Position numbers and translations under genes: made by a program. A stretch of 64,000 bases of DNA from the IMG/VR virus record IMGVR_UViG_3300043410_001242; one strand, given 5' to 3'. Shown here piece after piece: positions 7,450 through 13,231 of this stretch. The stretch's first letter is position 1. Every line of letters begins with the position of its first letter. This DNA is from a virus. Under the pieces are notes generated by a model. The model was given only the letters and a program-made list of their open reading frames with translations, made no database searches and was not told the origin of the DNA.

Positions 7450-7572
7450 GTGTTGCAACTAATGTCGGTGCTGTCGTTCTCCCGACTTAAAATAACCGTT
7501 AATACCAGAATGAATATCAACTAGGTTCGAAACTAGAAGAGACACGGACTGGAGTAGGTAACAACGACACCA
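7450..7572 (+). ncRNA. structured non-tRNA RNA candidate with T-loop and CCA end
   Basis: GTGTTG/CGACAC terminal pairing, GTCGG/CCGAC hairpin, CTAG-GTTCGAAA-CTAG, ends CCA, no anticodon arm. Confidence 0.5.
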
Positions 7573-7579
7573 ATTTTTT

Positions 7580-7653
7580 GGGGGTGTAATTCAATGGTAG
7601 AATAACTGGCTTTTAACCAGTCCACCGTGGTTCGATTCCACGTACCCCTACCA
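7580..7653 (+). tRNA. tRNA-Lys(TTT)
   Basis: ACTGG-ct TTT aa-CCAGT, CCA. Confidence 0.92.
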
Positions 7654-7658
7654 ATATT

Positions 7659-7732
7659 GCCCGATTAGTTCAAAGGTAGAACACGCAACTGATAATTGCG
7701 AAACGTTGGATCGATACCATCATTGGGCACCA
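7659..7732 (+). tRNA. tRNA-Ile(GAT)
   Basis: CGCAA-ct GAT aa-TTGCG, CCA. Confidence 0.92.
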
Positions 7733-7737
7733 AATTT

Positions 7738-7831
7738 GTCTCTATAGTGTAACGGTAGCACTCCGGCTTTATACTCCGGCATGGCCCCAGATTAGGGCGT
7801 AGTGTAGGTTCGAATCCTACTAGAGACACCA
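7738..7831 (+). tRNA. tRNA-Ile(TAT) with long variable arm
   Basis: CCGGc-tt TAT ac-tCCGG, ~24-nt variable region, A73, CCA. Confidence 0.75.
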
Positions 7832-7836
7832 ATTGA

Positions 7837-7910
7837 AGAGGATTAGGCTAGTGGTAAACCTTGGGATTCATATTCCTATATCATCAGTTCGATTCTGATA
7901 TCCTCTACCA
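7837..7910 (+). tRNA. tRNA-CAT (Met elongator or Ile2)
   Basis: TGGGA-tt CAT at-TCCTA, CCA. Confidence 0.85.
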
Positions 7911-7916
7911 AACAAT

Positions 7917-7992
7917 GGGTATGTAGTAATCTGGTGATTACGCTTGTCTGTCGAACAAGTTTAGGAGGGTTCGATCCCCTTCATACCCGCCA
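7917..7992 (+). tRNA. tRNA-Asp(GTC)
   Basis: CTTGT-ct GTC ga-ACAAG, GCCA. Confidence 0.9.
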
Positions 7993-7998
7993 ATTTAA

Positions 7999-8076
7999 TG
8001 TGCCTTAGCGATCACGGTGATTGCATCTCGCTGTTAACGAGAATGAAGCTCAGTTCGATTCTGAGAGGCACAGCCA
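7999..8076 (+). tRNA. tRNA-Asn(GTT)
   Basis: TCTCG-ct GTT aa-CGAGA, GCCA. Confidence 0.9.
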
Positions 8077-8082
8077 ATTTAT

Positions 8083-8158
8083 CTCTGTAAAGTGTTACTT
8101 GGCAGCATACTCCGTTTGGGGCGGAGTGGTGAAGGTTCAAATCCTTCTACGGAGACCA
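8083..8158 (+). tRNA. tRNA-Pro(TGG)
   Basis: CTCCG-tt TGG gg-CGGAG, CCA. Confidence 0.9.
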
Positions 8159-8163
8159 AATAT

Positions 8164-8238
8164 GGGGACAGTAATGGGTTACGGAGTTGCCTTGCAAGCT
8201 ACTTGTCTAGAAGGGTTCGATTCCCTCGGTCTCCACCA
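8164..8238 (+). tRNA. atypical tRNA-Ala(TGC) with shrunken D arm
   Basis: G3:U70, ct TGC aa loop, GGGTTCGATTCCC, ACCA; D arm GTAA-tggg-TTAC. Confidence 0.75.
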
Positions 8239-8243
8239 ATTAT

Positions 8244-8320
8244 GATCTTATCGTCTAGAAGGTTAAGGACACTGGTCTCTCAAACCGGAAAATTGGGTTC
8301 GATCCCCAATAAGATCACCA
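8244..8320 (+). tRNA. tRNA-Glu(CTC)
   Basis: CTGGT-ct CTC aa-ACCGG, CCA. Confidence 0.9.
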
Positions 8321-8326
8321 AATGAT

Positions 8327-8403
8327 GCGGATATAGCCCAATTGGCAGAGGCGGTAGGTTCAAACCCTACTCAGTGTCAGTTCAAATCTGACTATCCGTA
8401 CCA
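8327..8403 (+). tRNA. tRNA-Leu(CAA), short variable loop
   Basis: GTAGG-tt CAA ac-CCTAC, A73, CCA. Confidence 0.85.
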
Positions 8404-8462
8404 ACTTGACATTTGTTGAACACTGTGTTATTATAAATATAATAAAAAGATGAGAGGGTTCA

Positions 8463-9044
8463 ATGAATAAAAAAGACGAAATAATTAGATTGTTAAATGA
8501 AGGTAAATCTGTTTCTGAAATAGTTTCTTTAGTAAAATGTTCTAAAGGTACTGTTTCATACTATAGAAAAGAGCTTGGTTTGATTTATGAAAATCCAAGA
8601 AAACCAATAGATTCATTTCATTGGAGTGTCATACAACAAAATTATGATGAAGGTTGTTTATCTGTTTCTCAAATTTGTAAAAAGTATGGAATTTCAAGAA
8701 ACAATTTATTAGAAGCTAAAGAAAAAGGTTTATTTAATATAATACCTCAATCATACAATGATGACGAAGTATTTGTGGAAAATTCTGATTATTCTAGACA
8801 TTCATTAAAGAAAAGAATAATTAAACAGAATTTAATGGAATATAAATGTCAATGTTGTGGTATTGGTAATATGTGGAATAATATTGAATTGTCGTTACAA
8901 TTAGACCACATAAATGGAATAAACAACGACAATAGAATAGAAAATTTAAGATTCTTATGTCCTAATTGTCATTCACAACAAGACACATATGCGGCAAAGA
9001 ATCGGAAAAATAACCCGAACAGAGTTGCAAAAAAGTATGGTTAA
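8463..9044 (+). CDS. HTH + HNH homing endonuclease
   Basis: N-terminal HTH, CQCC, LQLDHING..NDNR.ENLRFLCPNCH; own promoters (TTGACA 8406, TATAAATA 8432). Confidence 0.88.
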   Translation: MNKKDEIIRLLNEGKSVSEIVSLVKCSKGTVSYYRKELGLIYENPRKPIDSFHWSVIQQNYDEGCLSVSQICKKYGISRNNLLEAKEKGLFNIIPQSYNDDEVFVENSDYSRHSLKKRIIKQNLMEYKCQCCGIGNMWNNIELSLQLDHINGINNDNRIENLRFLCPNCHSQQDTYAAKNRKNNPNRVAKKYG

Positions 9045-9045
9045 T

Positions 9046-9119
9046 ATCTCGTTAGTGTAGCAGTAACACGCTAGTCTCCAAAACTAGAATCAGGGGCGCG
9101 AAACCTCTACGGGATGCCA
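9046..9119 (+). tRNA. tRNA-Trp(CCA)
   Basis: CTAGT-ct CCA aa-ACTAG, GCCA; divergent T-loop. Confidence 0.85.
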
Positions 9120-9141
9120 ATTTAAAAAAGGAAATAATATA

Positions 9142-9318
9142 ATGAAAGTAACTGAATCAGAAGATTGTACCGATTGGCCAGAACGATTGGAAAAGATTGT
9201 TGAAGATTTAAATAATAAGAATCCAGACCTAAACCTTATCAGTATGCAACCTATGACTGCTCCAACTGGAAAGATTTTTAAGTTACGATTGAGAGAAGCT
9301 AAGAATAATGAAATATAA
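9142..9318 (+). CDS. 58-aa protein with gp23 capsid-like motif
   Basis: SD AAGGA; LISMQPMTAPTGKIFKLR. Confidence 0.55.
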   Translation: MKVTESEDCTDWPERLEKIVEDLNNKNPDLNLISMQPMTAPTGKIFKLRLREAKNNEI

Positions 9319-9634
9319 AGCGATTGACATTGTGAATTGGTCTTGTTCCAAACAATCTGATAACAGATGGATACCAGCAAGACCTTTGCCTTATTATGGT
9401 TGGTGGGGCGTAAAGACCAGAATTAAATGTGCGTGGTTTGTTCTCATTGGAAAATATGACGCATTAGATTGGGAGGATCAATGAATAAATTAAGTTTTTC
9501 GGAATGGAAAGAGTTGACTGATTTCAGTAAGGAACCACCAATGCACGAAGAAGATATTCTATTAGAATATGAAGAATATCTGAATAACTTAGAAAAAGTT
9601 GAGGAAGAATAGATTTTACTAAAAAGGTGTTAAC

Positions 9635-10108
9635 ATGATATTGAGGGAAATAAACTTAGATGAAGTAAGAGAATTCATTAATGCACAAAGTCCAGAAACC
9701 TGTGTCTATCTTGGTTCAGACTCAGAAAGACATAAGATTGATGGAAGATGGTATGCAGATTATACGACTTGTGTTATTGTGCATATTGATGGAGAACATG
9801 GTTGTAAAGTATTTGGTGAAGTTAAGAGAGAACTTGACTATGACCAGAAGAAGAACAAACCTTCCATGCGCCTAATGAATGAAGTCTATAATGTATCAGC
9901 GCTCTTCAGTGAACTAAAAGATGTTCTTGAAGATAGATATGTTGAAGTTCATCTTGACCTTAATCCAGATGTTCGTTATGGTTCTTCTTGTGTTATTCAA
10001 CAAGCAATAGGATACATAAGAGGAACTTGTAACCTAACACCAATGGTTAAACCAAACAGTTGGGCTGCATCTCATGCTGCTGACCGTTTGAAGGATTTGC
10101 TCCCATAG
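9635..10108 (+). CDS. RNase H-like YkuK (DUF458) family protein
   Basis: YLGSDS, RLMNEV, EVHLDLN, VKPNSWAASHAAD. Confidence 0.85.
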   Translation: MILREINLDEVREFINAQSPETCVYLGSDSERHKIDGRWYADYTTCVIVHIDGEHGCKVFGEVKRELDYDQKKNKPSMRLMNEVYNVSALFSELKDVLEDRYVEVHLDLNPDVRYGSSCVIQQAIGYIRGTCNLTPMVKPNSWAASHAADRLKDLLP

Positions 10109-10173
10109 TTTGAACGGTAAAACGATTCCTTGGTAAGGAATAAACGATGGTTCGACTCCATCTAGGAGCTCCA
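10099..10173 (+). tRNA. tRNA-Thr(GGT)
   Basis: ATTCC-tt GGT aa-GGAAT, CCA; overlaps YkuK stop codon. Confidence 0.88.
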
Positions 10174-10179
10174 ATTAAT

Positions 10180-10257
10180 GCCTCCGTACACCAATCTGGT
10201 AGAGTGAGCGGTCTTAGAAGCCGTAAAGTGTCAGTTCGAATCTGACCGGGGGTACCA
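10180..10257 (+). tRNA. tRNA-Leu(TAG), short variable loop
   Basis: GCGGT-ct TAG aa-GCCGT, CCA. Confidence 0.88.
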
Positions 10258-10266
10258 AATTAATGG

Positions 10267-10295
10267 TTGACAAAGTGTGGAATGTTTGATATAAT
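10267..10295 (+). promoter_or_regulatory. sigma70 promoter
   Basis: TTGACA-17-TATAAT with TG. Confidence 0.8.
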
Positions 10296-10314
10296 GTTGC
10301 ACACAATGAATGAA

Positions 10315-10398
10315 GCGGGTGTGGTGAAATGGTAGACGCAAGGGACTTAAAATCCCTCGGAGAAATCCGTGTCGGTTCGAGTCCGACCACCCGTACCA
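10315..10398 (+). tRNA. tRNA-Leu(TAA)
   Basis: canonical class II, AGGGA-ct TAA aa-TCCCT. Confidence 0.95.
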
Positions 10399-10402
10399 AA
10401 TC

Positions 10403-10478
10403 GGGCCTCTAGCATAACGGTTAATGCAGCAAACTCATAATTTGTTGACTCTCGGTTCGAATCCGAGGGGGCCCACCA
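10403..10478 (+). tRNA. tRNA-CAT (probably Ile2)
   Basis: GGGCCTCTAGC 5' end, ct CAT aa loop, CCA. Confidence 0.88.
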
Positions 10479-10498
10479 ATTAAAAAAAAGGAGATAGT

Positions 10499-10677
10499 AT
10501 GAACTGTATTTTGAATTCTTTGATGATTATTATTGTTTTTGCTTTTTTTGCGGTGGCAGGAATTTTTGGATTAGAAATGTATGAACAACACAAAGCAGTA
10601 GAAGCTGGATTACAGCAATGTGTTGTTGCAATTAATTCAAACACATACGAAGCAGTATGGCAGAAAGAATGTAAGTA
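10499..10677 (+). CDS. small membrane-anchored protein
   Basis: SD AGGAG; hydrophobic N-terminus, GLQQC..WQKECK. Confidence 0.5.
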
Positions 10678-10685
10678 ACAGTTTT

Positions 10686-10784
10686 TTTGGACGGTTGTGT
10701 CCTGCCACTACTCGCAGCGACATGATCGGTAGGACTGCCATCCTGCGAAAAGTCAATCTGGCAGGATTGATGAATGTATCCAAA
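10686..10784 (+). ncRNA. rod-shaped structured RNA candidate
   Basis: nested pairings TTTGGA/TCCAAA, TCCTGCCA/TGGCAGGA, TCGCAG/CTGCGA; GC-rich, non-coding. Confidence 0.5.
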
Positions 10785-10794
10785 TTTTTTTCAT

Positions 10795-10870
10795 GCCGCC
10801 ATAGTCTAATGGAGAGGGCAACGCTCTTCTAAAGCGTAAGGTAGGGGTTCGAATCCTCTTGGCGGCGCCA
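10795..10870 (+). tRNA. tRNA-Arg(TCT)
   Basis: ACGCT-ct TCT aa-AGCGT, CCA. Confidence 0.92.
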
Positions 10871-10879
10871 AATTAATGG

Positions 10880-10908
10880 TTGCCAAAATGGCATATATAA
10901 AGTATAAT
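10880..10908 (+). promoter_or_regulatory. sigma70 promoter
   Basis: TTGCCA-17-TATAAT. Confidence 0.7.
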
Positions 10909-10919
10909 GTATGAACAAT

Positions 10920-10993
10920 TTCGGGATCGTCTAATGGTAGGACATGTGACTTTGACTCACAGAATCGAGGTTCGAGCCCTTGTCCCGAAACCA
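10920..10993 (+). tRNA. tRNA-Gln(TTG)
   Basis: TGTGA-ct TTG ac-TCACA, CCA. Confidence 0.92.
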
Positions 10994-11001
10994 GTTTAAA
11001 T

Positions 11002-11075
11002 GCGGGTATAGTTTAAAGGTAAAACAGAACCTTGCCAAGGTTCAGTTGATAGTTCAATTCTATCTACCCGCTCCA
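11002..11075 (+). tRNA. tRNA-Gly(GCC)
   Basis: GAACC-tt GCC aa-GGTTC, TCCA. Confidence 0.92.
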
Positions 11076-11083
11076 ATTTAAAT

Positions 11084-11159
11084 GCGGATATAACTCAATT
11101 GGTAGAGTGTCAGCCTTCCAAGCTGTACGTTGCAGGTTCGAGTCCTGTTATCCGCTCCA
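11084..11159 (+). tRNA. tRNA-Gly(TCC)
   Basis: CAGC-ct TCC aa-GCTG, TCCA. Confidence 0.95.
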
Positions 11160-11180
11160 ATTTAAGGTAAGGAGTATATT

Positions 11181-11342
11181 ATGTCTGGTAGTGTAGTAAA
11201 GCGATGCGGTTGTAAAGGCACACCTTCACACAGTTCTGATTATCAGGACCAAAAGTATGGTGATGGTATGAGAGTGATGTGCATGGATCAGAAGAAGGTT
11301 GAAGCAGTTTGTACTATTTGTGGAAAAACTCATAAGGTGTAA
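11181..11342 (+). CDS. small zinc-ribbon-like protein (53 aa)
   Basis: SD AAGGAG; CGC...YQDQKYG.GMRV...CTICG. Confidence 0.6.
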   Translation: MSGSVVKRCGCKGTPSHSSDYQDQKYGDGMRVMCMDQKKVEAVCTICGKTHKV

Positions 11343-11344
11343 TT

Positions 11345-11554
11345 ATGAAAGGTATCAAACATAAACATCCAATGCAAACTCGTCATGGTAGAACTCGTTA
11401 TAAGGCATATTCACATATTGAATTGATGCTGATGTATAAGAAAGAGTCTACTCCCAAAAAGAAACATAAAATCATTGAAGAAATTAATAGAAAACTAAAG
11501 AATCTTGGTGTTGTGTTTCGAGTTAGTAAATCAAATCCAGAATTAAATATATAA
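11345..11554 (+). CDS. small basic hypothetical protein
   Basis: ORF directly after previous gene. Confidence 0.5.
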   Translation: MKGIKHKHPMQTRHGRTRYKAYSHIELMLMYKKESTPKKKHKIIEEINRKLKNLGVVFRVSKSNPELNI

Positions 11555-11563
11555 AGATTAACT

Positions 11564-11638
11564 GCCCCTCAAGCATAAGTGGCGATGCACTTGACTTGTA
11601 ATCATGAGAAATCGGTTCGATTCCGGTGAGGGGCTCCA
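11564..11638 (+). tRNA. tRNA-Thr(TGT)
   Basis: ct TGT aa loop, GCCCCTC/GAGGGGC acceptor, CCA. Confidence 0.9.
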
Positions 11639-11694
11639 AATGCAGACTGATAGGAAAGACTATCATCTTTTTGTTAACAATTAAAGGAGAAACT

Positions 11695-12051
11695 ATGACT
11701 TTTATTAAATCATTTATTGCGGCAATTGCTTTGTTCGGCACTTTCAGTGTGGCTAATGCTACTGTATCACCTGCCGGTGGTAACATCGTTACTGTTGGTT
11801 GTGCTGCTGATGCGCCTACCGGAGCAAATGTATATTCTGTAAATGCTGCAATTCTTAACGGTAGTGTAACTGATTCTTTGACTCTACCAACTGGAGTAGC
11901 CGCAGGGAATGCATGTGGAGTCGCACTAAATGCTCTTAGTGCAGTAACTTGTGCAACCGGTAAGACTTGGGTTCTTGTGAATGAACCAACAAATATTACC
12001 ATTGACAATACTGGTTACTCACTACAACAGTTTGTATTCCGTTGTCAGTAA
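11695..12051 (+). CDS. secreted/periplasmic protein, 4 Cys
   Basis: SD AAGGAG; signal peptide MTFIKSFIAAIALFGTFSVANA. Confidence 0.7.
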   Translation: MTFIKSFIAAIALFGTFSVANATVSPAGGNIVTVGCAADAPTGANVYSVNAAILNGSVTDSLTLPTGVAAGNACGVALNALSAVTCATGKTWVLVNEPTNITIDNTGYSLQQFVFRCQ

Positions 12052-12203
12052 TATAAACTAAATGTGATATAAAATCCTCCTTGATATCGAGTATAATATA
12101 TCACGAAACATCGAAAACCAGAAGTGATGTAAAATAAAACACTGGCGTGAACTAGAGCGGTTATAACGATATGATAACGCTGGATTTCGTAACCAGTAAC
12201 TTT

Positions 12204-12281
12204 CCGAGTGTAGTTCAGTTTGGTTAGAATACGTGCTTTGGGAGCATGGGGTCGGGGGTTCGAATCCCTCCACTCGGACCA
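12204..12281 (+). tRNA. tRNA-Pro(TGG), second copy
   Basis: CGTGC-tt TGG ga-GCATG, CCA. Confidence 0.93.
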
Positions 12282-12287
12282 ATTTCT

Positions 12288-12363
12288 TGGTAGGTGCGTG
12301 ATAGGTAATACGGGTTGACTGTTAATCAATTTCATGTGGGTTCGAATCCCACCCTACCAGCCA
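12288..12363 (+). tRNA. tRNA-Asn(GTT), second copy
   Basis: GTTGA-ct GTT aa-TCAAT, GCCA. Confidence 0.85.
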
Positions 12364-12380
12364 ATTTAAGTGAGATATAT

Positions 12381-12629
12381 ATGAGTTATAGACCAACAGG
12401 TAAAAATGTACTGATTGAGAGAATTGCTGCTTCTAAGCAAACTGAATCAGGAATCATTCTAAAATCATCAGAAGAACCTGATCGTGCAAAAGTTATTGCA
12501 ATTGGTCCAGAAGTTGATGAAGTTAGTATTGATGAGATTGCTGTAGTTAATTGGAATACTGCAACAAAGATTGAAGATGAATTATATATTATAAATATTG
12601 ATAACGTTGTTTTGGTTATCGAAGACTAG
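12381..12629 (+). CDS. GroES-like co-chaperonin
   Basis: RPTGKNVLIE, mobile loop TESGIIL, AKVIAIGP. Confidence 0.85.
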   Translation: MSYRPTGKNVLIERIAASKQTESGIILKSSEEPDRAKVIAIGPEVDEVSIDEIAVVNWNTATKIEDELYIINIDNVVLVIED

Positions 12630-12634
12630 TTAAT

Positions 12635-12710
12635 TGCGGGTTAGATTTCTGGTGAAATCACCGGTCTCATAAGCCGGTCCAGAGTAGTTCGATTCTGCTA
12701 CCCGCTACCA
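12635..12710 (+). tRNA. tRNA-Met(CAT), initiator-like
   Basis: ct CAT aa loop, unpaired 1:72 (T:T), CCA. Confidence 0.82.
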
Positions 12711-12713
12711 ATT

Positions 12714-12797
12714 AACGTCCGGACATGCCTCTCATAGAAGCACACACAGTCATCTGGAATTGACCAGTGAACACCAAAGACGTTTGGTACTACGGAA
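12714..12797 (+). ncRNA. multi-branch structured RNA candidate
   Basis: three hairpins closed by TCCG/CGGA; AACGTC/GACGTT alternative pairing. Confidence 0.45.
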
Positions 12798-12814
12798 TTT
12801 TTATTATAAACACG

Positions 12815-12846
12815 GCCCACCCATGTTCGCATCGGGTGGGTTTTTT
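12815..12846 (+). terminator. intrinsic terminator closing tRNA array
   Basis: CCCACCC-ATG-ttcg-CAT-c-GGGTGGG then T6. Confidence 0.85.
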
Positions 12847-12860
12847 ATGCCTAATTACTC

Positions 12861-12889
12861 TTGACAGATTTAATACTTTGTGATATAAT
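12861..12889 (+). promoter_or_regulatory. sigma70 promoter for gp43 operon
   Basis: TTGACA-17-TATAAT with TG. Confidence 0.8.
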
Positions 12890-12919
12890 TGTTTTGTTTA
12901 ACTGCGGAGGAAAATAGTA

Positions 12920-13231
12920 ATGGAAATTATTGCAATTAAGTTAGTCACCGGTGAAGAAGTTCTTGGTGAAGTTGTAGACACAGACCGTAATGGATACTGG
13001 AGGTTGAGAAACCCTGTAGGAATCTCGATTGTTCGTGGTCCTGATGGTGCACCTAATGTAGGATTCTCTCCCTTCCCACTACATGCAGAACAAAAGTCTG
13101 GATTTGAAATTGACATTGCATACAGCAATGTAGTATACTCCTATACTCCAGCTGAAGATTTCAGGTCAAATTATGATCAAATCTTCGGTACAGGTATTGT
13201 TGTTCCCAATAAAAAGATTATCACCGGTTAA
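12920..13231 (+). CDS. phage Sm-like domain protein
   Basis: IKLVTGEEVLGE...NPV...GFSPF...Y.QIFG.GIVVP; usual position before gp43. Confidence 0.7.
   Translation: MEIIAIKLVTGEEVLGEVVDTDRNGYWRLRNPVGISIVRGPDGAPNVGFSPFPLHAEQKSGFEIDIAYSNVVYSYTPAEDFRSNYDQIFGTGIVVPNKKIITG

Noticed and set aside
7738-7831. Ochre suppressor reading (anticodon TTA)
   Set aside because: Counting from the D stem puts TAT at 34-36 with A37; the TTA register breaks the anticodon stem; genes end normally in TAA.
8164-8238. tmRNA
   Set aside because: Ends resemble tmRNA but only 75 nt, with a TGC anticodon loop and no tag reading frame.
6119-8325. ORF-track entries 6119-6397(-), 6521-6775, 6599-6814(-), 7018-7221, 8021-8245, 8092-8325 (also 10214-10399, 12045-12335, 12058-12282)
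   Set aside because: They run through tRNA cloverleafs, lack RBSs and are shadow frames of GC-rich RNA genes.
8327-8403. Opal suppressor or Sec tRNA reading (TCA)
   Set aside because: Perfect 5-bp stem GTAGG/CCTAC centres CAA; no sign of stop-codon recoding in core genes.
10686-10784. Assignment as SRP (4.5S) or 6S RNA
   Set aside because: No SRP domain IV motif (CAGG..GGAA..AGCA) and too short for typical 6S; left as unnamed candidate.
11523-12008. 161-aa minus-strand ORF
   Set aside because: Antisense shadow of the secreted protein, which has the SD and signal peptide; overlaps tRNA-Thr.
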